DNA of 64,000 nt from Vulcanimicrobiota bacterium (GTDB lineage Bacteria > Vulcanimicrobiota > Vulcanimicrobiia > Vulcanimicrobiales > Vulcanimicrobiaceae): positions 576,001 to 640,000 of the forward strand of contig CAVZQC010000002.1 of the NCBI GenBank assembly GCA_963777315.1, read 5' to 3'. The position numbers and the translations under genes are program-made. The stretch's first letter is position 1. Every line of letters starts with the position of its first letter. This document shows positions 17,728 through 27,150 of the stretch, one piece after another. Below the pieces are notes generated by a model. The model did not search any database. It had not been told where the DNA came from and was given only the letters and a program-made list of their open reading frames with translations.

Positions 17728-18440
17728 GCGCGTACCGCGGGACGCCGCCAAAGCGCGATCAGCAGCAGCGCGGCCACAACGTACAGTGCGATGAGCCACG
17801 CGAGCGTCGCTTCACCCCACCACCACGGCACGCCCAAACCTTCGCCGCTCCAAAAGGTGCCGAACGAGAGCAGCATGATGCCCACGATGAAAGCCAGCGC
17901 GTTTTCCGGCACGCGCGAAAAAGGCCGTCGCGCAATCGCGGCCGCGCATAAAACGATTACGCCGGCAATCAACGCTCCCGCCGCCGCCCACAAGAACGTG
18001 CCGGCGCGCGCGGCGGAAAAGGTCACCACGATGACGGCGACTTCGAGTCCTTCGAGCAAGACGCCGTTGAACGCGGTCGCGAAAGCAAAGCGCTGTTCGT
18101 GCGCGCGAAGCCGCTCGACTTCGGAACTGAACTTCGCGTTCTCGTTGCGCATCGGCTTGCGGCCCGCATACCTCCAAATCGCTTTGCGAAGCCACGTGTA
18201 GCCCATGAAGGTCAAGAAAATTCCGATGCCGATCTGCAGCGCCCGCAGCGGCACGTAAGCGGCCAGAGCCGGGCCCAATACGCCGGCGATCACGACCAGC
18301 ACCGCTACCGCCCATGCAGTCGCGCGCAGCGCGACGCGCCAGCCTGCGGTATACGCGACCGCAAGCACGATCGTCGCTGCTTCGACGAACTCGAGCAGCG
18401 AGGCCAGAAAAGTCGTTCCGGCCGCGATCCAAGGGCTCAC
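17724..18440 (-). CDS. COG4280-like membrane protein (duplicated ExxE motif)
   Basis: FLASLLEFVEAATIVLAV and FNGVLLEGLEVAVIV repeats; WLRKAI; RVPENALAFIVGIMLLSFGTFW. Confidence 0.75.
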   Translation of the reverse strand: MSPWIAAGTTFLASLLEFVEAATIVLAVAYTAGWRVALRATAWAVAVLVVIAGVLGPALAAYVPLRALQIGIGIFLTFMGYTWLRKAIWRYAGRKPMRNENAKFSSEVERLRAHEQRFAFATAFNGVLLEGLEVAVIVVTFSAARAGTFLWAAAGALIAGVIVLCAAAIARRPFSRVPENALAFIVGIMLLSFGTFWSGEGLGVPWWWGEATLAWLIALYVVAALLLIALWRRPAVRA

Positions 18441-20677
18441 CGGCGTACCGCATGAGCCAGAATGTCGTTGAGCACGCGCGGATCCGCTCGATCGGGATGC
18501 GAGAAATCGAGTTTGGCGCTGATCGCCGAGCCGTATGCGGCTTTTGAGTTTACCGCGTGCATGTCGATTCCGGGCCGGATCGCGGTGAACGCGCTCGCAT
18601 TGACCGCAGAGGTGGAGAACGCGTCGTACAGCGGGCGCGCGGTCGCGTCGTAGATGGAAAGCGGCGGCAGCCCGAGCATCAATTCGATCGTATGCACGAA
18701 CGAGGCCGTCGAGTAGTGATCGTGCTGGACGCCGCCGCGAGCGTACGGGCTGGCGATGTAAAACGTCGAGCGTTGATCGTTCACGTGATCCGGGCCGTTT
18801 TGCGCATCGTCTTCCAAAATGAAGATGGCGGTCGAGTTCCAATACGGCGATCGCGAAACGGTTTGGACGAGCCGCCCCACGGCCCAGTCGTTGATGGCGA
18901 CGTACGCCTGCGGCGTCGGCTTGCCGGGCGCTGTGCCCGAAGTGTGGTCGTTGGGAAGATACACGATCTCCAGCTGCGGCAAGCTGCGCGAAGCGGTGAA
19001 TGCTTGGAACTCCCTGCTCCATTCTGCTAAACGCGCGTCGTCGCTGGTCGATAGGTCCCAACCGACGTACCTGAGATCGAAATGGCCGGCCAGACCCGGG
19101 AACGTGTTCAAGCCCAGTTTGAGCTTCGGACTGAAATCGATGTCTTCGCCGTAATCGCGATACGTCAGGTGCGCGCGCTTAGCCGCGTCCCACAGATATC
19201 CGCCGTGCGGGACGTCCGGGGCGCCCCCGGCTTGAAAGTCGTACAGATCGCGCCGTCCGCCATAGTTGGGCGGCCAGAACCGTTCCACGTAGTCGTTTGC
19301 GAACGCCGCGTCGGTCCAGTTGTGTCCGTTTGCGCTGACTTGCGCGTCGACGTACGCGTTGTCGAAGATGCCGAATCGCTGCGCAAGCGCATGCTGGTTG
19401 GGCGTATTCGCACGACCGAACATCACCAACTTCGGATCGCCGTCGGCTTGCGCGATATCGCCGAGCACTTGATCGTAAGAGCGGTTTTCCTTGATGACGT
19501 AAATGACGTGCCGGATGGGCCCGTGCGCCCGTACGATCGTTTGGGCCGGCGGGGCGGGCGTCCATTGCGGTGCGGCGTCGTCGATCGCTTCCCGCGTGAG
19601 CCCGCCAGCATGCTCGTATGCTGCGCGGGCAATCACGCGCAGCGAACCCACCGTTATGTCGCCGACGTAACCGCCGGAATTGCGTTCGAGCGGATTGAAC
19701 TGCGGATTTGCCGGCGCAGATTCGCCTTTTCCGTTCACCACGTACAGCGTCGCATCGTTGCCGAGCGCGACCCCGGTGGGATACCAGCCCACCGGTATGC
19801 GTTCGATGACGCGGCCTGCGCGCACGATCGCCACGGCGTTCTCGGCACCCAGGCTGACGAACAAATCCGTGCCGTGCACCGCGAGCGCATTGGGAGACGC
19901 GCCGTATCCATTCATGCGCCCCTGGTGCAAGCCGACCGGGATGCGCGCGGCCAGCACGTTGGTACGCGTGTCGATCACGCCGACGCTGTCGTTGTCGCTT
20001 TCGGCGACGTAGAGCTTGGAACCGTCCGGCGAAAGAGCCAGCGCCGAGGGATTGGACGCCACCGGAATAGCTGCGACGATTCTGCGCGAGGCCGCATCGA
20101 GCGCAAGCACGCGGCTGGGGCGGCGCACCGCGACGTACAGCAGCTTGCCGTCGCGCGCGAAAACAAGATCGGACGGATGCTCGCCCACGACGATCGTGCG
20201 CGTTCCGATCGTGACGGTGCCGTTTGCATCGTTCGCGTCGGCTAACGATCTGCCGGGGGCGACGGCCAGTGCGGCGGGCCAGGTGCCGCGCCCCACCGGT
20301 ATCTTCAGAACCGCGCCCGACGCCGCGTCGACGACGAACAGCGCGTTCGCATTCGCGCCCGCAACGCCGACGTGCGTTGCGTCCACCCATACGGGCTTGC
20401 CGAACGCGCCGGCGAGCGCGATGGCGCGCTGGTGCCGCGTCGCGACGTCGACCAGCCGTAACGCGGCGGGCGCAACGCCGGACTCCACGATGGCCAGCGT
20501 CGAGCCGTCGGGCGACAAGGCAACGCCTTGCGGCATCGTTCCGAGCGTCGCAACGGCGCCTTGCGGCGGCGTAAGCCTCCATCCGGACGGAAGCAATACG
20601 CCGAGATCGCTCGCGGCGGCGAAGGCGCCGGCGCAGAGCGCGCCGAGCACAAGAAGAATTGCAGCAAGTCGCAGCAT
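18437..20677 (-). CDS. Secreted YncE-like beta-propeller / phosphoesterase (alkaline phosphatase superfamily) protein
   Basis: Signal peptide; propeller repeats (ALSPDGS, IPVGWYPTGV); IRHVIYVIKENRSYDQVLGD, LPNDHT, EDDAQNGPDHV. Confidence 0.9.
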   Translation of the reverse strand: MLRLAAILLVLGALCAGAFAAASDLGVLLPSGWRLTPPQGAVATLGTMPQGVALSPDGSTLAIVESGVAPAALRLVDVATRHQRAIALAGAFGKPVWVDATHVGVAGANANALFVVDAASGAVLKIPVGRGTWPAALAVAPGRSLADANDANGTVTIGTRTIVVGEHPSDLVFARDGKLLYVAVRRPSRVLALDAASRRIVAAIPVASNPSALALSPDGSKLYVAESDNDSVGVIDTRTNVLAARIPVGLHQGRMNGYGASPNALAVHGTDLFVSLGAENAVAIVRAGRVIERIPVGWYPTGVALGNDATLYVVNGKGESAPANPQFNPLERNSGGYVGDITVGSLRVIARAAYEHAGGLTREAIDDAAPQWTPAPPAQTIVRAHGPIRHVIYVIKENRSYDQVLGDIAQADGDPKLVMFGRANTPNQHALAQRFGIFDNAYVDAQVSANGHNWTDAAFANDYVERFWPPNYGGRRDLYDFQAGGAPDVPHGGYLWDAAKRAHLTYRDYGEDIDFSPKLKLGLNTFPGLAGHFDLRYVGWDLSTSDDARLAEWSREFQAFTASRSLPQLEIVYLPNDHTSGTAPGKPTPQAYVAINDWAVGRLVQTVSRSPYWNSTAIFILEDDAQNGPDHVNDQRSTFYIASPYARGGVQHDHYSTASFVHTIELMLGLPPLSIYDATARPLYDAFSTSAVNASAFTAIRPGIDMHAVNSKAAYGSAISAKLDFSHPDRADPRVLNDILAHAVRR

Positions 20678-20764
20678 GCCGGTTCGTTTTCTAGCGCCGC
20701 AAAGAGCCCGCCTCGTTTTGGGGAATACGAAGCGGACAACCGGCGACGTACAGGAGTTTGAATC

Positions 20765-21712
20765 GTGGATCTGGGCCGAACGACCGTTTACGCCCGCGGC
20801 GGCTTTTGCGCATACGAGGACGCCAAGGTGGGCTTGCTCACGCATGGGCTGCAGTACGGAACCGGCTGCTTTGAGGGCATTCGGGGTTACTGGGTACCGG
20901 GCGATCGCGAACTGTATCTGATGCAGCTGCGCGAACACTACGAACGCCTGGAGATCTCGGCAAAGATTTTGATGATGAAGTTGCCGCACTCCACCGGAGA
21001 ACTGGCCGAGATAACCGCCGAACTGGTTGCGCGCAACCGCTTTGAGACCGACGTCTACATTCGCCCTTGCTTGTTCAAGTCGGCTGAGGACGTCGGCGTG
21101 CGCTTACACGACGTTCCCGATGCGCTGGCAATCGTGCCCGTTCCGTTCGTGCGATATTTGGATGCGTCGGGCGGATTGCGCGCCGGCGTGAGTTCTTGGC
21201 GGCGTGCAGACGATTCGGCGGCGCCGCCGCGCGCGAAGATCACCGGCCTGTACGTGAACAGCGCGCTGGCGAAAAGCGAGGCGATCGGCAATGGATTCGA
21301 CGAAGCGATCATGCTCTCGCACGATGGACACGTCGCCGAAGGCTCGGCCGAGAACATCTTTTTGGTCAAGGACGGCGTGCTCTACACGCCGGACCCTTCG
21401 CAGAACATATTGGAGGGCTGCACCCGGCGCTCGATCATCGAGATCGCCCGTCGCGAATTCGCCCTCGACGTCATCGAACGTTCGATCGATCGCAGCGAGC
21501 TGTACGGCGCGCAGGAAATCTTCTTCACCGGAACCGCCGCCGGCGTCGCGTATGTTTCGTCCGTCGATCGACGTACGATCGGCGAGGGCTCAATCGGTCC
21601 GCTCACGCAGCGAATCGCGGCGTTTTACGAGCGCGTGGTGCGCGGCAGAGAACCCAAATACGGCCACTGGCTCACGCGCGCGTACGCCGGACGCACCGTA
21701 GCGGCCGGCTGA
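20765..21712 (+). CDS. ilvE: Branched-chain amino acid aminotransferase
   Basis: HGLQYGTGCFEGIR, AKITGLY, EGSAENIF, ILEGCTR, TGTAA. Confidence 0.93.
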   Translation: MDLGRTTVYARGGFCAYEDAKVGLLTHGLQYGTGCFEGIRGYWVPGDRELYLMQLREHYERLEISAKILMMKLPHSTGELAEITAELVARNRFETDVYIRPCLFKSAEDVGVRLHDVPDALAIVPVPFVRYLDASGGLRAGVSSWRRADDSAAPPRAKITGLYVNSALAKSEAIGNGFDEAIMLSHDGHVAEGSAENIFLVKDGVLYTPDPSQNILEGCTRRSIIEIARREFALDVIERSIDRSELYGAQEIFFTGTAAGVAYVSSVDRRTIGEGSIGPLTQRIAAFYERVVRGREPKYGHWLTRAYAGRTVAAG

Positions 21713-21721
21713 AAAGGAAAG

Positions 21722-22702
21722 TTACGGCGTAGGACTGGGGCTTGGATCGGGCGTCGCCCACATCGGCACGTCCGCATCGGGGTCGTCGGTCGGGGACGGC
21801 GCAGGCGCGCTGTCGTCCAGGGTGTTGGCCGCGCGCCATTTCGCCAGCTCTTCGAAGTGCGAGTATGCGACGCGCGATATGCGGTGAATGAACTGCCGTC
21901 CGGCGGGAAGCGACGGTAAATCGGTCGTCAGGACGGCGATCACGTACGGTGAATCGGCGTAGACGATTCCCACGTCGTTGAGCGTGTCGTCGAACGAACC
22001 GGTCTTGTGCGCGATTGGGATTTGCGGCAGCGGTTCGGGCAGCAGCGTGTTGATCTCTTGATGCTCCAGAATGGCGATCATCTGCCTGGACGACCACTGG
22101 TCGATCAGTTTATTCCTGGCCATGTCGCTGAGCAGCCCCACCATGTCCGACGGCGTCGTGCGCAACGTCGTGCGCACGCTCCATTCGGCCGTGCGGATAT
22201 AGTCGGCCAGATGCGTATGATGCAAGCCCAGTTCGGCCATCGTGGCATTGATTCTGGCACGCCCCACCAACCGAATGAGCATGTTGGCGGCGGTATTGTC
22301 GCTCACCGTGATCATCTGCAGCAGCAGGGTGGAGACCGGGAAGGTTGACCCAACGGGCGATTCCGCGATGTCGCCGGATCCCCAGTCGCGATCGCCCGGC
22401 AGCAGCTCGACGCGACGGTTCAGATCGAATTTGCCCGCGGCCATCTGACGAAAGACTTCGACCATGATCGGAATTTTGATCGTCGAAGCCGCCGGCATGA
22501 CTTCGTTCATGTTGTAGCCGGAAGTATATCCGCTGTCCAGGTCTTTCACGGCGAATGCGGCGCGTCCGGGCGCGCGCTGACCCGCGAGCGCCAGCGTCGT
22601 TTGCAGTTGCGCGAGCGGAGCGGGCAACTCCAGCGCGTTCGCGCGAGCGGCCACGGACGCCAGGAGCGCCGACAATACCAGCACGGCAACGATCTGTCGC
22701 AT
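21722..22702 (-). CDS. Class A beta-lactamase-like serine hydrolase
   Basis: Signal peptide; STIK, SDN and HKTG motifs. Confidence 0.88.
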   Translation of the reverse strand: MRQIVAVLVLSALLASVAARANALELPAPLAQLQTTLALAGQRAPGRAAFAVKDLDSGYTSGYNMNEVMPAASTIKIPIMVEVFRQMAAGKFDLNRRVELLPGDRDWGSGDIAESPVGSTFPVSTLLLQMITVSDNTAANMLIRLVGRARINATMAELGLHHTHLADYIRTAEWSVRTTLRTTPSDMVGLLSDMARNKLIDQWSSRQMIAILEHQEINTLLPEPLPQIPIAHKTGSFDDTLNDVGIVYADSPYVIAVLTTDLPSLPAGRQFIHRISRVAYSHFEELAKWRAANTLDDSAPAPSPTDDPDADVPMWATPDPSPSPTP

Positions 22703-22758
22703 AGTGATGTTGTCGGCACTTCAGCCGGGACTTTTATCCCACCTTTAACGGAAGTTGC

Positions 22759-23628
22759 CTAAAACGGCACGCCGTCGGCGGCCGGAGCGCGAACCTTTCC
22801 GACCAGGCCCGCGATCGCGAACAGCGCCGCGACATAGGGAACGGCCTGCATCGCGTCGCTGGGCAGCCATCCCACGCGGCCCTGCAGCACGTACTGCAGC
22901 GCTTCGAAAAAACCGAAGAAGACGGCTGCGCCCGTTGCGCCCCATGGCGTCCACCGTCCGAAGATCACGGCCGCCAGCGCGATGAATCCTCGGCCCGCGG
23001 TCATGCCGTCGGAGTACAAATTGACTTCGCCGATCGACAAAAACGCACCGCCCAAGCCCGCCAGCGCGCCGCCGATGACGACGGCGTTCAAGCGCAGCGA
23101 GAGCGGCCGAAGCGATGCATCGAGCACCGCGCGCGGATTTTCCCCGCAGGCGCGCACGCGCAGTCCCCACGGCGTGTAGTACAGCACGGCGTGCAGCAGG
23201 AACGCACACGCAAACGCAAATCCGACCAAGATCCAAAAGCCGTTTCCCAGCGCGTTGACTTGCGGGCTCGCGCCGGGCTGGTTATAGATCAACGTGAGTG
23301 CGTAGGCGGCGCCGCCGGCCGCGACCAAATTGATGCCGGTGCCCGCGACGATCTGGTCGACTTTGAAGACCGTGGCGGCAAAGCCGAGAATGAATCCGAA
23401 AAACGCGCCCGCGGCGATACCCGCAACCAGTCCGGCGACCGGGCTTCCCGTCAATCCCGACAGCAGCACCGCCGTAAAAGCGCCGGCAATCATCATGCCT
23501 TCCAGTCCGATGTTCACCACCCCGGATCGTTCGCACACCACGCCGCCGAGCGCAGCGAAAATGATCGGCGTGGATTTGACGAGCGTGAGTATTGCCAGCG
23601 CTGCGATCAGCTCGCCACCGCCGTTCAT
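22759..23628 (-). CDS. Nucleoside/sugar ABC permease
   Basis: ERSGVVNIGLEG, RACGENP, GRGFIALAAVIFG. Confidence 0.9.
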   Translation of the reverse strand: MNGGGELIAALAILTLVKSTPIIFAALGGVVCERSGVVNIGLEGMMIAGAFTAVLLSGLTGSPVAGLVAGIAAGAFFGFILGFAATVFKVDQIVAGTGINLVAAGGAAYALTLIYNQPGASPQVNALGNGFWILVGFAFACAFLLHAVLYYTPWGLRVRACGENPRAVLDASLRPLSLRLNAVVIGGALAGLGGAFLSIGEVNLYSDGMTAGRGFIALAAVIFGRWTPWGATGAAVFFGFFEALQYVLQGRVGWLPSDAMQAVPYVAALFAIAGLVGKVRAPAADGVPF

Positions 23629-24650
23629 ATCGGCGCCCCTTGAGCGCGCGTGGCGATGTACCGCCGGGCCGCAAGCACCAAAATGATCAATCCTTCGATC
23701 ACATGGATCGCGTCTTTGGGCACGTCGGCCAGCGCCTGCATCGCAAGGCCCCCCGCTTCCAAAATGCCGAAGCCGAACGCTGCAACGCATACCCAGAGCG
23801 GATTGAGATCGCCGACCAGCGCGACGGCGATTGCCGTGTATCCGTAGCCCGGAGAAAGCTGCGTGTTGAAGCGGTGCAGCACTCCGGTCACAAGCGTCGC
23901 GCCGCCCAAGCCGGCAGTTGCGCCCGACAGCGTAAGCGCCAGCACGGTGATGCGCGGCATGTTGACGCCGCCCCGCCGGGCCGCTTCGGGCGCATCGCCC
24001 GCCGCCCGCAAATCGTAACCGAATACCGTTCGCACGAAAAGCCAGCGCAGCACGATCGCTGCGCCGATCGCGATAACCAGAGCGATCGACAACCGCGTGT
24101 CGGGAATGAGCGTAGGCAGCCACGACGTTGCCGGAAGCGGCGCGGTTTCCGCGCCGGTGGCCAGCGGGCTTTTGAGCGGACCGGAAACCAGATATCCCGC
24201 CAGCGACAGTGCTATGAAATTGAGCATCAGCGTGGAGATGATTTCGCTGGCGTGAAAGCGCGCGCGCAGCCATCCGGCGATCGCGCCCCACGCTCCGCCC
24301 GCGACGAAACCCGCCGCCAGCAGAACGAAGATCGCCGCCGGCATGGGAGCGATGAGATGAGCGCCGATTGCGCCGGCCGCAAGACCGCCGATGACCAGTT
24401 GCCCTTCCGCCCCGATGTTGAACAAGCCCGCGCGAAATGCCAGCGCGATGCCGAGCGCAGGAAAAAGCAGCGCGGTCGTCTGCACCAGCGTTTCGGCGAT
24501 TTGTGCGCGCCCGCCGAGCGAACCCACGAACAGCGCCCAAAAGCCGTCCGCCGGGCTGACTCCCGCAACCAGCATGGCGCACGCGGCCAAAAAGAACGCG
24601 AACACAATGGCGCCGATCGGACCGCCTGCGATGCGCGCGAACTTGGTCAC
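23625..24650 (-). CDS. Nucleoside/sugar ABC permease
   Basis: FRAGLFNIGAEGQ, EIISTLMLN, GYGYTAIAVAL. Confidence 0.92.
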   Translation of the reverse strand: MTKFARIAGGPIGAIVFAFFLAACAMLVAGVSPADGFWALFVGSLGGRAQIAETLVQTTALLFPALGIALAFRAGLFNIGAEGQLVIGGLAAGAIGAHLIAPMPAAIFVLLAAGFVAGGAWGAIAGWLRARFHASEIISTLMLNFIALSLAGYLVSGPLKSPLATGAETAPLPATSWLPTLIPDTRLSIALVIAIGAAIVLRWLFVRTVFGYDLRAAGDAPEAARRGGVNMPRITVLALTLSGATAGLGGATLVTGVLHRFNTQLSPGYGYTAIAVALVGDLNPLWVCVAAFGFGILEAGGLAMQALADVPKDAIHVIEGLIILVLAARRYIATRAQGAPI

Positions 24651-26065
24651 GTGCCCGCTCCGGCCATCAGTTCGCCGATCCGGCCGCGGTCGATGCGTTC
24701 ACCGTCGAACCGTCCGGCGATCCTTCCGCGATACATGACCAGCACGCGGTCGGCGAGCGCGAGGATCTCGTCGAGCTCGAACGAGATCAGCAAAATCGCG
24801 GTGCCGGCATTGCGGGCTTCGATCAAGCGCGATTGGACGAGCGCTGCCGCTCCCACGTCGATGCCCCGCGTGGGCTGATAGGCCAGCACGAAAGCGGGAT
24901 CGCCGGACAGCGCGCGCCCGACCACGACTTTCTGCTGGTTTCCGCCCGAAAGCGTCTGCACCGGCACGTCGATCGACGCGGCGCGAACGTCGAAGCGCCG
25001 CACTATCGTTTTCGCATCGGCGCGAGCTGCCGGCCGGTCGAGCAGCATGCCGCGCCGGAACTTGGCTTGATGCTGGCGCCCCAGAACCGCGTTGTCGGCC
25101 AACGACCAGCTCAGCACCAGGCCTTCGTGCCGTCGATCCTGCGGAATGACGCCGATTGCGCCGTCGACGGTGATTACACCGCGGTAGGGAATCATGCCGG
25201 CGATCGCGTCGGCAAGCGTGGTTTGCCCGTTGCCTTCAACTCCCGCGATGCCGACGATTTCGCCGGAACGAACCGCGAACCCCAGGTCGCGAATCGCGGT
25301 TGAACCGGTTCCGGCTTCCAGGCGTTCGACTCGAACGCAAGGCGCGAGTTCCGTTGCAACGCGCTGCGCAACGCGCGGAAGCGCTCCGCCCACCATTGCG
25401 CGCGCGACTTCGTCCGTGCTGGTAGCTTGCGTGTCGAAGTGCGCAACGATTTTGCCTTGACGCATCACGCTCACACGCTTGCTGTACGTGATGACTTCAT
25501 GCAGTTTGTGCGTGATGATCAGCACGCCCGTTCCTTGCCGCGCGAGCTCTTCGACCGTCGCAAAGAACGATGCGATCTCCGTGGGCGCAAGCGCCGCAGT
25601 GGGCTCGTCGAGCAGCAGCACGGCCGGCGCGCGATCCAGCTCGCGCAGCAACTCGACGCGCTGCTGCACGCCGATGGGCAGTTCGTCGACCAGCGCGTCG
25701 GGATCGATTGCCAAGCCGTAGCTCTGCGCGAGCGCCCGCACGCGCGCGCGCCCGGCGGCCGCGTCCAGCAGCCAGCCTCTGCGCGGTTCGCGCCCCAGCA
25801 GTACGTTTTGCCATACCGAGAGCCGGCCCACCAGCTGAAAATGCTGATGGACCAGTCCGACGGTGCCGGCGGCAGCGATCGTTCCGGCGTCGGCCGCAAG
25901 CGTGCCGAACGCGATCGTGGCCAGCGTCGATTTGCCTGCGCCGTTTTCGCCGACGAGCGCGTGAATCTCACCCGCACGTACGTCCAAGTCCACGCCGTCG
26001 ACGGCGACGACGCCCGGATACGTCTTGCGGATCCCGCGCAGTTCTAAAGCGCTGCCGGTTTCCAG
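24647..26065 (-). CDS. Nucleoside/sugar ABC ATP-binding protein (two ATPase domains)
   Basis: GENGAGKST, LLDEPT, LSGGNQQK, QPTRGIDV. The frame extends upstream of the track start through LELRGIRKTYPGVVAVDG to a probable CTG start at 26065. Confidence 0.9.
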   Translation of the reverse strand: METGSALELRGIRKTYPGVVAVDGVDLDVRAGEIHALVGENGAGKSTLATIAFGTLAADAGTIAAAGTVGLVHQHFQLVGRLSVWQNVLLGREPRRGWLLDAAAGRARVRALAQSYGLAIDPDALVDELPIGVQQRVELLRELDRAPAVLLLDEPTAALAPTEIASFFATVEELARQGTGVLIITHKLHEVITYSKRVSVMRQGKIVAHFDTQATSTDEVARAMVGGALPRVAQRVATELAPCVRVERLEAGTGSTAIRDLGFAVRSGEIVGIAGVEGNGQTTLADAIAGMIPYRGVITVDGAIGVIPQDRRHEGLVLSWSLADNAVLGRQHQAKFRRGMLLDRPAARADAKTIVRRFDVRAASIDVPVQTLSGGNQQKVVVGRALSGDPAFVLAYQPTRGIDVGAAALVQSRLIEARNAGTAILLISFELDEILALADRVLVMYRGRIAGRFDGERIDRGRIGELMAGAGT

Positions 26066-27075
26066 CTGGCCAAAGCCTCACGGGTATTGGGAACCGTCAA
26101 ACGGCCGGCGACGATTGCGCGCTCGAGCTGCCGCAGGCGCGCGATGTCGGAAGGCGTTACAACGTCGCGCGTGTAGCGAAAATTCGTGAGTGAAATGCCG
26201 CCGTCTTTGAGGCCGAGAATGACGTGGCCCGTCATCGGGCGGCGATCGCGAATCGCGCGCGCGACCTCGAAAACCGCAACGTCGACGTGCTTGACCATCG
26301 ACGTGAGAATCTTGCCCGGAGCCAGCGCGTCCTGATCGTTGTCGACGCCGATGATGTAGTAACCGCGCGCGCGTGCTTTGGCGGCGTCGATGGCGCCTAA
26401 GCCGACCTTGCCCGCAGCGGTGTAGATGATGTCCGCTCCGCCGTTGAAGAGCAGATTGGCCAGCTCTTTGCCGGCTGCGACGTCGTCGAACGAACCGGCA
26501 TATTTCACGTCGACCTTATCGGAGGGATCGATCTCTCGAACGCCGGCCACGTAGCCCGCTTCGAATTTGCGGATCAGCGGAATGTCCTGTCCGCCGATGA
26601 AGGCCAGATGATGGGTGTGCGTGACCATCGCGGCCAGCGCGCCGGCCAAAAACGATCCATCCTCCTCCTTGAACGTCACCGAAACGACGTTGGGCTCGGG
26701 AACGACCGCGTCGATGATCGCGTAGTGCTGGTACTCGAATTGGTGCGCGACTTGCGTGAGATCGTCGCTCATCAAAAAACCGATGGCATAGATCATGTCG
26801 AAGTGCGCTTCGCTCAGAACGGTGAGGTTGGGCTGATAGTCCGCTGCCGACTTGGACTGCAGCACTTTGATGTACGCACGCAGATCTTGACGCGAATGGA
26901 GCAATCCCCGGTACGCGGAATCGTTGAACGACTTGTCCCCCAGGCCGCCCACGTCGGTGACCATTGCCAGCGTCAGCTGACCCGGGCGAGGGCGTGGATG
27001 CGAACGCACGCATCCGCCCAGCGCCATCGCGCACGCGGCCGCGGCAAACGCCACGAGCGCCGCTCTACGCACCAT
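26044..27075 (-). CDS. BMP-family ABC substrate-binding lipoprotein
   Basis: Lipobox LGGC, DVGGLGDKSFN, GSFLAG, IGVDNDQ, TSMVKHVD. Confidence 0.93.
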   Translation of the reverse strand: MVRRAALVAFAAAACAMALGGCVRSHPRPRPGQLTLAMVTDVGGLGDKSFNDSAYRGLLHSRQDLRAYIKVLQSKSAADYQPNLTVLSEAHFDMIYAIGFLMSDDLTQVAHQFEYQHYAIIDAVVPEPNVVSVTFKEEDGSFLAGALAAMVTHTHHLAFIGGQDIPLIRKFEAGYVAGVREIDPSDKVDVKYAGSFDDVAAGKELANLLFNGGADIIYTAAGKVGLGAIDAAKARARGYYIIGVDNDQDALAPGKILTSMVKHVDVAVFEVARAIRDRRPMTGHVILGLKDGGISLTNFRYTRDVVTPSDIARLRQLERAIVAGRLTVPNTREALASWKPAAL

Positions 27076-27150
27076 CGAACGATTGTACGCAAAAACGATG
27101 CCGAAGCCTTGTTACAAGGTTCCATGACCGAGCGCGGCGCAGGGTAAAGT

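Noticed and set aside
21722..22702. Bona fide antibiotic-resistance beta-lactamase
   Set aside because: SxxK/SDN/KTG are present but the omega-loop ExxLN is not evident, so it is kept as a beta-lactamase-like hydrolase.
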